Below, piece after piece: positions 40,135 to 49,839 of a stretch of DNA of 64,000 nucleotides (position 1 is its first letter; every line of letters starts with the position of its first letter). The translations under genes and the position numbers were made by a program. Location of the stretch: NCBI GenBank assembly GCA_949282275.1, contig CASDOO010000002.1, forward strand, positions 2,022 to 66,021, given 5' to 3'. The notes beneath the pieces were generated by a model that did no database searches, was not told where the DNA came from, and saw only the letters and a list, made by a program, of their open reading frames with translations. The DNA comes from an uncultured Bacillota bacterium. Lineage in GTDB: Bacteria; Bacillota_I; Bacilli_A; RFN20; CAG-288.

Positions 40135-41561
40135 TCGTTACGGAAGTCCTTCAAGAGCTTTGCGCGGGAGGGATGACGCAGCTTCTTGAGGGCCTTGGCC
40201 TCGATCTGACGGATTCTCTCCCTGGTGACGTTGAATTCCTTTCCGACTTCCTCGAGGGTATGGGTCCTGCCGTCCTCAAGGCCATAGCGAAGGCGGATGA
40301 CGCGGGCTTCCCTCTCCGTCAGCTGCGAGAGGACCTCGTTGATCCTTTCGGTCTCCATGGAACGATTGGCATATTCATAGGGAGACTCGTTGTCCTTGTC
40401 GACGACGAAGTCGCCGATATGGGAATCGTCCTCCTCGCCGACGGGCTTCTCCAGCGAAAGGGGGTCCAGGGCGATCTGCTGGATTTCGCGGATACGTTCG
40501 GCAGACCAGACGCCACCGAGTTCCTCGCTGATTTCCTCGGCGGTGGGATCGCGGTTGAGCTTCTGGACGAGCTTCCTCTGCGCCCGGGTGATCTTGTTGA
40601 TGGTCTCGACCATGTGGACGGGGATGCGGATCGTCCTGGCCTGATCGGCAAGGGCGCGGGTGATGGCCTGGCGGATCCACCATGTGGCATAGGTCGAGAA
40701 CTTGAAGCCGCGAGTATAGTCGAACTTGTCGACGGCCTTCATGAGACCGAGGTTTCCTTCCTGGATGAGGTCGAGGAAATCCATGCCGCGGTTGACATAG
40801 TGCTTGGCGATGGAGACGACCAGCTTCAGATTGCATTGGATCAGTTCGTCCTTGGCGTCCTGATCGCCTTCGAGGACGCGCTTGGCAAGCTCGACTTCCT
40901 CTTCCTTCGTCTTGAGGACCTGGTAGGCACCGATGGCATGCAGATACTGGCGGACGGGATCGGAATTCTTGATGTCCGCCCCGGCCGTATAGTCGACCAT
41001 CTCTTCCTCCTCTTCCTCTTCCTCGAAATCGTCCTCGCCGATGTCTTCCTCGACGGGCGGCAATTCATCCTCCTCGCCGATATCGCCTTCGTCGAAAAGG
41101 CCCTTCTCGGCAAGGAAGGAGACAAGCTCGGAAGTCTCGTCGTCGGTCAGTTCGCGCTCACGGGCAAAGGAGTCGAGTTCTTCCTGGGAGACCTTCTTGC
41201 CGTCGGCCTTGGAAAGCTCGAGGAGTTCCTTCTTGATGGCATCCATGTCGACGATGGTGACTTCGTCCTTGGAATCACCGTCCGTTTCCTTCCCCTCGGC
41301 CTTGTCGGTCGCTTCGTGGAGATCTTCCTCGATGCCGACGATGATGTCCTCCAGAGTCGCGGCAGGCTTTTCGGCCTTTTTGGCGGCCTTTTCCTTCTTG
41401 GGGGCTTCCTTGGCCTTTTTCGCTTCCTTCTTGACGGTGGCCTTCTTTTCCGGCGTTTTCTCTTCCTTCTTCTTTTCGGGCGCCTTCTTGGCAGCCTTCT
41501 TTGTCGTTTTCTTCTCTTCCGTCTTCACGGGAGAAGATTTCGTTTTCTTTTCATTGGGCAC
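40131..41561 (-). CDS. rpoD: primary sigma factor SigA/RpoD with a Lys/Glu/Ala/Pro-rich N-terminal extension
   Basis: Regions 1.2-4.2 are canonical ([85 protein letters not shown]). GTG start with GAGGT 9 nt upstream. Confidence 0.92.
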   Translation of the reverse strand: MPNEKKTKSSPVKTEEKKTTKKAAKKAPEKKKEEKTPEKKATVKKEAKKAKEAPKKEKAAKKAEKPAATLEDIIVGIEEDLHEATDKAEGKETDGDSKDEVTIVDMDAIKKELLELSKADGKKVSQEELDSFARERELTDDETSELVSFLAEKGLFDEGDIGEEDELPPVEEDIGEDDFEEEEEEEEMVDYTAGADIKNSDPVRQYLHAIGAYQVLKTKEEEVELAKRVLEGDQDAKDELIQCNLKLVVSIAKHYVNRGMDFLDLIQEGNLGLMKAVDKFDYTRGFKFSTYATWWIRQAITRALADQARTIRIPVHMVETINKITRAQRKLVQKLNRDPTAEEISEELGGVWSAERIREIQQIALDPLSLEKPVGEEDDSHIGDFVVDKDNESPYEYANRSMETERINEVLSQLTEREARVIRLRYGLEDGRTHTLEEVGKEFNVTRERIRQIEAKALKKLRHPSRAKLLKDFRNE

Positions 41562-41628
41562 TCTAAAACTACCTCACGATTAATTATTGTTTTTGGCAGC
41601 CGTTTTTTCAAGGAACGAGAGGCAAAAA

Positions 41629-43665
41629 TCAGATGTTTTGGCTCGCCTTCTTGATTTCCTGGACCATTTTCCGCCTTTTGAGCCTCTCTTCCCGCGTTTC
41701 GCCTTCGCTCGAACTCTTGCGAAGACTGCGGGTGTCATCGTAGTGCCGAAGGGCAAAAAGCTTCTTGGCGAGATCTATGCTCCTTTGGAATTTCCTGGAA
41801 TCGTACCAGGATTGGGTCAGGTTCTTCTGGATCTCGACGATTTGGCTGAGATAGGCCTTCTCGTCGACGCCAAGGTCGACGTCACTGCCCTCAAGGCCAT
41901 CGAGGTCGAAGGGATCAGCCTCGTCTTCTTCGCCCTTTCCCGCATCTCCTTCAGACAGGGACGAAAGAAGCCTGTCGTATTCGTCCTTTCCGAAACGGAG
42001 GAGATCCTGGTCCTCGAGATAGATGTTTCCGACCAGGTCGGCAAAGACATTGAAGGCCTCGATGTCGAAGACCATGCGGCTCTTCCGGAAAGTCTCATAG
42101 GCTTCCCGGCTCTGCGGAAGGACGAAACAGATGCCATACTCTTCCCGGTAGAGCACGTCTTTTTCCTTGTCGATGACAAGGTGGAGGGCCTCGCCAAGGT
42201 AGCCGAAAAGCTTCTCGAAGGCTTCCGGGGCGGCATAGCGGCCGGCAAGCTGGACGTCGAAGGTCCGCCGGACGTTGCTGTAGTCGTTCTGACCTTCGCG
42301 TCTTTTCTTGCGTATCGGCCGGAAACTCTTTTCCGTCCCCTGGTCCGCCGTGCTTTCCCTGTTCGGTCTGGAATAGAGCCTCTGGAGGGTATCGGAATCC
42401 AGTCCTGTCCTTTTGGCAATCGCCTTCAGGTCCTTGATCCGGGACACCTCCCCTTCCGCCAGGATATAGGGGCGGCTTGTCTCGATGAATTCCTCCAGGT
42501 CCTTGGAATCCTCGAGCGCCTTCCGTCCGGCAAGCTTCCTTCCCAATAGGAACATCGTCGGGGAATAGAGACGATGGGCCTGGCGGACGAGTTCCGTCAT
42601 CCCCTCCTTGGTCAGGACCTCGTCGGCATCCTTGGCCTTGTCGAACTTCCAGCAGATACGCGTCGGAATCCGATGCTTGAGAAGAAGGGGCAAGGCCCGC
42701 TCTTCGCCTAGCTGTCCGGCCTCGTCGGAATCCAGAAGGAGACGGACTTCGACCTTGAGCTTCTCCAAGGCCAGAAGATGCTCTTCCGTCAAGGCTGTCC
42801 CCATCAGGCCGACAGCGGAAGGAAGACCGGCGCGTTGCATGGCGATGACGTCCATGAAGCCTTCAAGGAGATAGACGTAGCCATCCCGCCTTGCGCTTTC
42901 CTTCGCGCTGTCGAAGTGGTATAGGATCGCGCTCTTGCGGAAAAGCTCCGTTTCCGGATAATTGATGTACTTTCCGCCATCCTGGCTTTCCTGGATCTTG
43001 CGCCCGGAAAAGCCGACGACATGGCCGTCGTTGTCACGGATGGGAAACATGATCCGTCCGCAGTAGCGATCCTTCAGCTCGGCGGAATTGGACAGGATGC
43101 CAGCCCTTTCGAGGACCGGGACATCGTATCCGAGATTGCGCAGGGAACGGATGGCGATGGTCGGATCGAAGGGCGAAAAGCCGATTCCGAAATGCTCGAT
43201 CGTCTCCCTGGCGATTCCCCTTTCCTCGAGATACTTCCTTCCGAGATGGCCGTCGTTGGACTGCAGGAAAAGCTGGTAGAAGCGGCAAAGCACGGAAAGG
43301 GCATCCAGTTCCTCGGGGAACTTCTCGCGAAGCACGTCCTTCTTCTCGTGATAGGAAGATATGTCCGCGGGAAGGGGAATGCAGCAGATCTCGCAAACCT
43401 TCCGCAAAGCCTCAAGGGAGGAAAGATGGGCATACTTCTCGACGAACTTGATGGTATCCCCGCCGGCATCGCAGGAAAAGCAATGGAAGAATTTCTTCTC
43501 CGGATCGATCTGCATCGAGGGATGGGAGTCGTTGTGGAATGGGCAAATGGATTTGTATTTTTTCCCGGCCTTGACGATGGCATCGCTTCCGAGATAGTAG
43601 GCGATGACCTTGACGATATCGCTCTTCTCGTTGACTTCCCGGAAGATGTTGCCCGAATTGTCCAT
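41629..43665 (-). CDS. dnaG: DNA primase
   Basis: Zinc ribbon CPFHNDSHPSMQIDPEKKFFHCFSCDAGGD, a Toprim domain (LLEGFMDVIA), and dnaG-sigA synteny. Confidence 0.93.
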   Translation of the reverse strand: MDNSGNIFREVNEKSDIVKVIAYYLGSDAIVKAGKKYKSICPFHNDSHPSMQIDPEKKFFHCFSCDAGGDTIKFVEKYAHLSSLEALRKVCEICCIPLPADISSYHEKKDVLREKFPEELDALSVLCRFYQLFLQSNDGHLGRKYLEERGIARETIEHFGIGFSPFDPTIAIRSLRNLGYDVPVLERAGILSNSAELKDRYCGRIMFPIRDNDGHVVGFSGRKIQESQDGGKYINYPETELFRKSAILYHFDSAKESARRDGYVYLLEGFMDVIAMQRAGLPSAVGLMGTALTEEHLLALEKLKVEVRLLLDSDEAGQLGEERALPLLLKHRIPTRICWKFDKAKDADEVLTKEGMTELVRQAHRLYSPTMFLLGRKLAGRKALEDSKDLEEFIETSRPYILAEGEVSRIKDLKAIAKRTGLDSDTLQRLYSRPNRESTADQGTEKSFRPIRKKRREGQNDYSNVRRTFDVQLAGRYAAPEAFEKLFGYLGEALHLVIDKEKDVLYREEYGICFVLPQSREAYETFRKSRMVFDIEAFNVFADLVGNIYLEDQDLLRFGKDEYDRLLSSLSEGDAGKGEEDEADPFDLDGLEGSDVDLGVDEKAYLSQIVEIQKNLTQSWYDSRKFQRSIDLAKKLFALRHYDDTRSLRKSSSEGETREERLKRRKMVQEIKKASQNI

Positions 43666-45059
43666 CAGGCCCTCCGGCTATCGAGATAGTGGCGGATATA
43701 GTCCCCAAGCTGGGAAATCGGGATACGCTCCTGCTTCATGCTATCCCTCTCGCGGACAGTGACCATGTTGTCGTTGACGGAATCGAAATCGTATGTCACG
43801 CAAAGAGGCGTACCGATGGCATCCTCGCGGCGATAACGCTTGCCGATGCTTCCGGTCGTGTCGAAGATGGCATCGAAGTCCGGGTGGATGGAACGATAGA
43901 CTTCCCGTGCCTTGTCGATCAGGTGGTTGGAAAGCGGCATCACGGCAACGGTATAGGGGGCAAGCTCCGGCTTGAGGTGCATGACGATGCGGCTATCCTT
44001 GCCGCCATCGAGTTCTTCCACGTCATAGCTGTCCATGAGAAGGGCCAGCATGAGGCGGTCGAGGCCAAAGGAAGGCTCGACGACATGGGGAATGTATTTT
44101 TCGTGCGTCTCGGGGTCGAGGTAGGTAAGATCCTGGCTGCTATGTTCCATATGGCGGCCAAGGTCATAATCGCCGCGGCAGGCGATTCCCATCAGTTCGC
44201 CCCAGCCAAGGCTCGGGAACAGGTATTCGATGTCCGTCGTGGCGGAGGAATAGAAGGCAAGCTCCTCCTTTTCGTGGTCGCGATAGCGGACGTGGTCGTC
44301 TCGAAGGCCAAGGCGCTCGACGAAGGCCTTGCAGTTCTCCTTGTAGAAGGAAAACCATTTCTCGTCCTCTCCGGGACGGAAGAAGAACTCGATTTCCATC
44401 TGTTCGAATTCGCGCGTGCGGAAAGTAAAGTTGCCGGGAGTGATCTCGTTGCGGAAGGCCTTGCCGATGTCGCAGATGCCAAGCGGAAGTTTCCTTCTCG
44501 TGGTCCGGAGGACATTCTTGAAGTTGACGAAGATGCCCTGGGCGGTCTCCGGCCTAAGATAGACCGTCGAACTCTTTTCTTCGGTGACGCCGATAAAGGT
44601 CTTGAACATCATCTGGAACTGGCGGATGTCGGTGAACTGGGTCTTTCCGCACTTCGGACAGACAATCTTCCCGGACTGGACAACGGAGTTGAGTTCTTCC
44701 TGCTTCATGCCGTCCACGTCCATTTCGGGACACTGCGACTTGACCAGGTCGTCCGCGCGGAAACGGCTATGGCAATATTTGCAATCGACCAAGGGATCGT
44801 GGAAGTTGGCAACGTGGCCAGTCGCCTCCCAGACCTTGGGGTTCATGATGATTGCCGGATCGATCTGGACGTTGTAGTCGATTTCGCGGACGAAATGCTT
44901 GAGCCAGAGGTCCTTGAGGTGGTTCTTGAGCAGGGTGCCCAAGGGGCCATAGTCCCAGGAATTGGCAAGACCGCCATAGATATCGCTTCCCGGATAGACG
45001 AAGCCGGACGTGACGAGATGGTTGACGATTTCTTCGAATGTGTGTTCTTTGTTGGCCAT
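43665..45059 (-). CDS. glyQS: glycyl-tRNA synthetase (dimeric alpha2 GlyQS type)
   Basis: 464 aa from ATG 45059 (MANKEHTFEEIVNHLVTSGFVYPGSDIYGG...). Class II motifs (FRNEITPGNFTFRTREFEQMEIEFF, EPSFGLDRL). The 196-codon upstream extension in the ORF track overlaps recO and was rejected. Confidence 0.93.
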   Translation of the reverse strand: MANKEHTFEEIVNHLVTSGFVYPGSDIYGGLANSWDYGPLGTLLKNHLKDLWLKHFVREIDYNVQIDPAIIMNPKVWEATGHVANFHDPLVDCKYCHSRFRADDLVKSQCPEMDVDGMKQEELNSVVQSGKIVCPKCGKTQFTDIRQFQMMFKTFIGVTEEKSSTVYLRPETAQGIFVNFKNVLRTTRRKLPLGICDIGKAFRNEITPGNFTFRTREFEQMEIEFFFRPGEDEKWFSFYKENCKAFVERLGLRDDHVRYRDHEKEELAFYSSATTDIEYLFPSLGWGELMGIACRGDYDLGRHMEHSSQDLTYLDPETHEKYIPHVVEPSFGLDRLMLALLMDSYDVEELDGGKDSRIVMHLKPELAPYTVAVMPLSNHLIDKAREVYRSIHPDFDAIFDTTGSIGKRYRREDAIGTPLCVTYDFDSVNDNMVTVRERDSMKQERIPISQLGDYIRHYLDSRRA

Positions 45060-45102
45060 AGATAGTTCCTCGTTATATTTGAATGCAAACAGACTGATTA
45101 TA

Positions 45103-45858
45103 TTACAAATCGCCTTCCTTGCGGCACTGTTCCAAGAGGAAAGGAAGCGTTTTGAATTCCCGGAAATCGAAATAGTCGCAAAGCCCAAGGCAGAGCTGGA
45201 CCAGGACCCGCCTCCCGCTTTGGGGCGGGACTCGTTTCGAAAGCGTCTCTTCGCCGATGGGAAGGAAGGCAAACTTGAAGACGAAGAGCTCCATGTTCTC
45301 CTTCCTTGGAGCTCCTGCCCTTTCCAGGCAATCCCGGCAGACATAGCCGCCTTCCCGGACCGAATAGGAGACAATGTTTTCCGTCTTCTTGCAAAAGACG
45401 CATCGCGACGTTTCCATTTCCATGCCAAGGGACTGGTAGACGCTTCCGAGAAAGAGGAGGGAAAGGGAAAGAAGATCCTTTCCCTCCATAAGCGCGTCAA
45501 GAAGGATTCGAACGTTCCCATAGGGGAAGCGATCCCCGTATTCGTAAAGCCGCCTGGAGACTTCCTGGACCAAAAGAAGGAAGGCGTTGCCCTCGAGGGT
45601 GGCAAGACAACGGGAGGAATCGGTCTCGACGTTTGCCTGCCTGGCAAGAAAGGGGCCCTTCTCCCGCCTCATCGCCTGGACCGAGACAATGCTTCCGACA
45701 AGAAGCAGTGGCTTGAGGGGGCTTTTCGGACGATAGACATGGCCAAGAAGAAGGGGGACGATACCGTCATCGGTGGCAAGGGAGCAGATGGCGGAGTCCT
45801 CCGAAAACGGCGATTGGGAGACGACCATGCCCCTTAGGAGGACTTCCTCGCCTTTCAT
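45103..45858 (-). CDS. recO: DNA repair protein RecO
   Basis: 251 aa. OB-fold N-terminus and a zinc finger (CVFCKK...YVCRDC). era-recO synteny. ATGA overlap with the era stop. Confidence 0.85.
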   Translation of the reverse strand: MKGEEVLLRGMVVSQSPFSEDSAICSLATDDGIVPLLLGHVYRPKSPLKPLLLVGSIVSVQAMRREKGPFLARQANVETDSSRCLATLEGNAFLLLVQEVSRRLYEYGDRFPYGNVRILLDALMEGKDLLSLSLLFLGSVYQSLGMEMETSRCVFCKKTENIVSYSVREGGYVCRDCLERAGAPRKENMELFVFKFAFLPIGEETLSKRVPPQSGRRVLVQLCLGLCDYFDFREFKTLPFLLEQCRKEGDL

Positions 45859-46727
45859 TCCTCGTAACCGAACTTGCGCAGATAGCGGTCGGAATTGCGC
45901 CAGTCGGGAACGGCCTTGACAAGGATGTCGACATGGGCCTTCGTTCCGAAATAGGAGGAGATGGACTGTTCGCTGTACTGGCGGATCTTGGAAATCATGC
46001 GTCCGTTCTTTCCGACGACGATTCCCTTCTCGGATTCCTTCTCGACGATGATATCGGCAAAGACTTCCATCTCGTCTTCCTTTTCGTCGATCTGACGGAT
46101 ATCCACATAGATGGAATGCGGGACTTCGGCCTTGAGGAGACGGAGGCATTTCTCGCGGATCATCTCGGCGATGATATATTCCCTGGGCCTGTCGGAAACC
46201 ATGTCCACCGGGAAGATGCGATCGCCCTCGGGAAGGAGCGCCTTGACAAGGTCGAGGAATTCCTCAACGCCGTAGCCATCCTTGGCCGACATCCGGACGA
46301 TGCCCGAAAGCCTGGGCAGATTCTCGACATATCTTCCTAGCCTTTCCTCGCCGATGTTGGCATGGACAAGGTCGATCTTATTGAAGCAGAGGATGATTGG
46401 CGTCTTTTCCTTCCTGAGCTTTTCGCAAAGGCTGAAGTCGGGAACCTCCTTGCTGTCGACCACATAGGCGATGATGTCGACGCCTTCCTTCACGCTTTCC
46501 GCATCGCGAAGAAGAATGCTTCCGAGCTTGCCATGTGGCCTGAAAACGCCAGGTGAATCCGTAAAGACGATTTGGCAATCGTCATCGTTGTAAATGGCCC
46601 GGACATTGTCGCGTGTCGTCTGGGGCTTTGAGGAAACGGGAAGAAGCTTAAAGCCGAGACAGGCGTTGATCAAGGTCGACTTTCCGGCATTGGCCCTTCC
46701 GTAGACGGCAACATAACCTGCTTTCAT
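45855..46727 (-). CDS. era: GTPase Era
   Basis: GYVAVYGRANAGKSTLIN (G1), DSPG (G3), FNKIDL (G4), and a KH domain at the C-terminus. ATGA overlap with the upstream gene. Confidence 0.93.
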   Translation of the reverse strand: MKAGYVAVYGRANAGKSTLINACLGFKLLPVSSKPQTTRDNVRAIYNDDDCQIVFTDSPGVFRPHGKLGSILLRDAESVKEGVDIIAYVVDSKEVPDFSLCEKLRKEKTPIILCFNKIDLVHANIGEERLGRYVENLPRLSGIVRMSAKDGYGVEEFLDLVKALLPEGDRIFPVDMVSDRPREYIIAEMIREKCLRLLKAEVPHSIYVDIRQIDEKEDEMEVFADIIVEKESEKGIVVGKNGRMISKIRQYSEQSISSYFGTKAHVDILVKAVPDWRNSDRYLRKFGYEE

Positions 46728-47587
46728 CGATCCATGTCCTCCTTGGTGAATGGGTGGGGAAGAAGGCCTTCCACCGTGGTATCCAGATGCTGCGAGCAAT
46801 CCCCGGAGTAGATGTAGACGGGCGCATAGAGTTCCATCAGCTCGCTCATGACCTGACGACAGACGCCACAGCACGTTCCGACCTTCTTGGAATCGGTGAT
46901 GCATCCCAGGGCGGCGATGTCCTCCTTGCGATAGCCCATGGCATAGGCAGCATAGAGGGCGACCCTTTCGGCGCAACATGTGGCCGGATAGGAAGAGTTC
47001 TCGATGTTGAAGCCTTCGATATATTTCCCGTCCTTCGTGACGACGACGGCGCCGACGCGGAAATGCGAGTAAGGGACAATGGCCTTTTGCTGGGCCTCGA
47101 GAAGTTTCCGCACCAACTTTCGCCTATTCGTGTAGAAATCGAAGGGAAGCGTGTTCAGCAGGCGGTTCTGAAGGGCAAACATCCGTTCGCTCTCCTCCGG
47201 TGTCTGGTGGTCATAGCCGAATATGTGGAGAAGGCCGTGGATGAAGAGGAAGGCAAGCTCCCTTTCATAGGGATGGGAAAACTCCTTGGCCTGCCTTTTT
47301 GCGACTTCGGGACAGATCGTGATCGTCCCCAGGTCCGTGACGGGGATGGCCTCCTGGCACGTCTCCTCGTAGGCAAAGGTCAGGACATCGGTCTCCCTAT
47401 CGATGTTCCGGTAGGCCTTGTTCAGCTCCCTTTGTTCCGCCGGCGAAAGAAGGGACAGGGAGACTTCATAGCTTCCCTTTTTCCCCAGGGAATCCAGAAC
47501 ATGGGAAAAGACAATCCGGAAAAGTCTCTCAAGCGTCCTTCTTCCTCCCGTCTTGTCCAGATAGTCGAGAATCCTTTTTTCGTCCAT
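46724..47587 (-). CDS. ybeY: YbeY endoribonuclease - cytidine deaminase fusion protein
   Basis: The N-terminal ~150 aa carry the YbeY zinc motif HGLLHIFGYDH. The C-terminal ~135 aa carry Cdd motifs (PYSHFRVGAVV, CCAERVALYAA, TCCGVCRQVMSE, LLPHPF). It is a single uninterrupted 287-aa ORF. Confidence 0.88.
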   Translation of the reverse strand: MDEKRILDYLDKTGGRRTLERLFRIVFSHVLDSLGKKGSYEVSLSLLSPAEQRELNKAYRNIDRETDVLTFAYEETCQEAIPVTDLGTITICPEVAKRQAKEFSHPYERELAFLFIHGLLHIFGYDHQTPEESERMFALQNRLLNTLPFDFYTNRRKLVRKLLEAQQKAIVPYSHFRVGAVVVTKDGKYIEGFNIENSSYPATCCAERVALYAAYAMGYRKEDIAALGCITDSKKVGTCCGVCRQVMSELMELYAPVYIYSGDCSQHLDTTVEGLLPHPFTKEDMDR

Positions 47588-48812
47588 GAATCGCCCCGCC
47601 TCCGTTTTTCTTATTAGTATATCCCAAGGAAAGCTTCATATTAAGCAAAAAAGAGGGAAGCGGATAGGAAAGGGAATTGATGTCCCGGCTCTCGAGGCTA
47701 TCGTCAAGATAGGTCTTGAGCAGCTTCTCGCTCGTCTGGCTTATCGCCAACGTGAGAAACAGGTTGAACAGGAAAAAGTTCAGGCCCATGATATCGCTTG
47801 CGAACATATAGCAAAGGATACAGAGGCCGACAATGACGCCACGCAGGATTGTCAAAGCCGCTCGGCTATTGGCATGGGATGTGGCCTTTCTCTCGGACTG
47901 GAGGAAAATGTCGTCATTGTCCGCAAGGCTCTTTCCCAGCAAGGCAAAATAGCGCTTCTCCCTCTTGGCGCAATAGCGCCTTGCATAGTTCGTCTCGCGT
48001 TCGAGGAGAAAGGAGAGAATCCCAAGGACGGCCCCAAGCACGGCCAATGCCGAAAAGAACAGGCCATTGCTGGAAAACATCGTTAGCAGAATGCCCAAGA
48101 GGACGCCATACTGGACAAGCGAATAGGCTTTGTTGACTTCGGCATTCAATATCCGCGCCAAAAGAGGGCCGTCTTCCTTCACGCGCGTCTTCTTGAGGTA
48201 CGGAAGGAAAATCTCCGAGGTCAGCCTTTTGCGGATGCGCATGGCGATAAGAAAGCCCAATCCGGAAAAAAGGGCATAGAGGGAAAGAAGGATGGTCGAA
48301 AAAACCAGCGTCGTTCCCTCTCCCATGAAATAGATGGCAAGGAAGAGGGAGACAAACTGAAGGACAAACGTCAGGGAAAACAAAAGGTAATCGCGCCAGC
48401 CAAACATTCCGACGCGAGGCTTTGCCGGCGGCTTTCCCTTCGTCCCGAAAAGAAGCATCATGCCCGTGAAATCCTGGAGGAATTCCTCTTTTTTCAGATA
48501 GTACGTCCCGAATTCCGGATCATCGACCAAGATACGCCGCCCAATCTTCCGGACAACGACGAAATGGAAGGAATCCTCATTCCGGACCTGGGCAATGGCG
48601 GGAAGCTGCTCCCGGCGGACGAGATCGAGACTTTTAATCGCATAGGGCAGGCACTCGATCCCGATTTCGACCAGGGCAAGGCGAATGGAGTGGAAGTCGC
48701 GGCATTCCTCCTTGACGGGAAGCACCTGGAAACAATCGTCCTCATAGGCAAGGACGGCCAAATCGCGGACGACGGCCTTGCCGCAGCCGCTGCAGTCGGT
48801 CTGATAAACCAT
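47529..48812 (-). CDS. C39-like cysteine peptidase domain fused to a 6-TM ABC-exporter-type membrane domain; no ATPase domain
   Basis: N-terminus QTDCSGCG...SFHFVVV...VDDPEFG (Cys/His/Asp arrangement of C39). About 6 hydrophobic helices fill aa 140-400. The protein ends 59 nt inside ybeY without any Walker motifs. GGAGG SD. Confidence 0.65.
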   Translation of the reverse strand: MVYQTDCSGCGKAVVRDLAVLAYEDDCFQVLPVKEECRDFHSIRLALVEIGIECLPYAIKSLDLVRREQLPAIAQVRNEDSFHFVVVRKIGRRILVDDPEFGTYYLKKEEFLQDFTGMMLLFGTKGKPPAKPRVGMFGWRDYLLFSLTFVLQFVSLFLAIYFMGEGTTLVFSTILLSLYALFSGLGFLIAMRIRKRLTSEIFLPYLKKTRVKEDGPLLARILNAEVNKAYSLVQYGVLLGILLTMFSSNGLFFSALAVLGAVLGILSFLLERETNYARRYCAKREKRYFALLGKSLADNDDIFLQSERKATSHANSRAALTILRGVIVGLCILCYMFASDIMGLNFFLFNLFLTLAISQTSEKLLKTYLDDSLESRDINSLSYPLPSFLLNMKLSLGYTNKKNGGGAIHGRKKDSRLSGQDGRKKDA

Positions 48813-48864
48813 GGTAATCTACCTCCACCCTATATTGGACGGAAGTCGATCATTTCCACGGAAA

Positions 48865-49839
48865 TCAAAGGAGGATATCGCGTATGGTCAGCGTTTTACC
48901 GATGGCTTCGACGTCCTTCAAGGCCGCATCCAGGTATTCGGAGTCGTAGAAGATTTTCCTATAGACACGAAGGAAGTTCTTGTCCTTGGCGTTGGAAAAA
49001 GTTACCCGTCCTTCCCTGTTTCGTGCCTGAAGAAGCGGGAAGAGATAGTTCTCCGCCTCCTGAAGGGAAAGGCGCGGGAGAAGGTCGATGTTTCTTATGA
49101 ACAGCGCCGGAACGGTTCCGGCAGAAACCCAATCCTGGCGTGCCGCTTCCAATTCGGAAGGATCCTTGAGGACACGGAAAGCGCTAAGAAGGTCTTTCAG
49201 ATCGAGATAGGCCGTCTGGATTCCGCTCCTTGCAAAGAAATAGGCGCCGAAAGATAAGGCCATTTCAGGCAAAACATCGTTTCCCACAGGAACGAAAACA
49301 AGGCCACGGAAATCCTTTCCGGGATTCTCGCTTGCCAAAAGGATGTCCCCATAGGCAATTTGGACGTCCTTCATCTCCGGGCGCTCTTGGACAAGCTGGA
49401 GGAATTGAACCGCCTGGCGATAGATGTCATCGGCAGGAATGTCCATCGGGGATATCCTTGAAAAGACCTGTTCCTTTTCGCGCTGATAGGGACAGGGTTT
49501 CAAGGAAAGGGAAATCTCGTCGCAGCTTTCGTCAAAGGCAATCTCGCAGGAGAAGCCTCCCCTTTTCTTCGGGCAGGACAAAATGCCTTCCGAGCAGGCC
49601 CGGCAGATTTCGCGATCTTTCAGATAACTATAGATATTCCCGAGCGAATTGGAAAAGGTTTCCGGCGTTTTGCAAAGCGATTCAATCTTTGCCTTGGCAC
49701 GGGCATCCTGGCCAAGCAGGCGTTTCACCTCCAGGCGAAGAAGCTCGAAATCCCCTTCCGGAATCGATACGTTGCCTGGGAAGCTTCCCTGTTGGGAAGC
49801 CTTCATTTCGTCCAAACCCGATTTTTTGTCCTTTCTCAT
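48865..49839 (-). CDS. dnaI: DnaI-like helicase-loader homolog with degenerate AAA+ motifs
   Basis: Cys-rich N-terminal domain (CRACSEGILSCP...C...C). The C-terminal region is colinear with the DnaI AAA+ fold, but the Walker A position reads GLVFVPVGNDVLPE and the Walker B position reads ALFIRNID. ATGA-coupled to the upstream dnaB-like gene. Confidence 0.7.
   Translation of the reverse strand: MRKDKKSGLDEMKASQQGSFPGNVSIPEGDFELLRLEVKRLLGQDARAKAKIESLCKTPETFSNSLGNIYSYLKDREICRACSEGILSCPKKRGGFSCEIAFDESCDEISLSLKPCPYQREKEQVFSRISPMDIPADDIYRQAVQFLQLVQERPEMKDVQIAYGDILLASENPGKDFRGLVFVPVGNDVLPEMALSFGAYFFARSGIQTAYLDLKDLLSAFRVLKDPSELEAARQDWVSAGTVPALFIRNIDLLPRLSLQEAENYLFPLLQARNREGRVTFSNAKDKNFLRVYRKIFYDSEYLDAALKDVEAIGKTLTIRDILL

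Noticed and set aside
45060-45647. The 196-codon N-terminal extension of the glyQS ORF (ORF track 43665-45647).
   Set aside because: The extension overlaps recO out of frame and looks non-protein-like (P/S/R-rich). The canonical GlyQS N-terminus MANKEHTFEEIV begins at ATG 45059.
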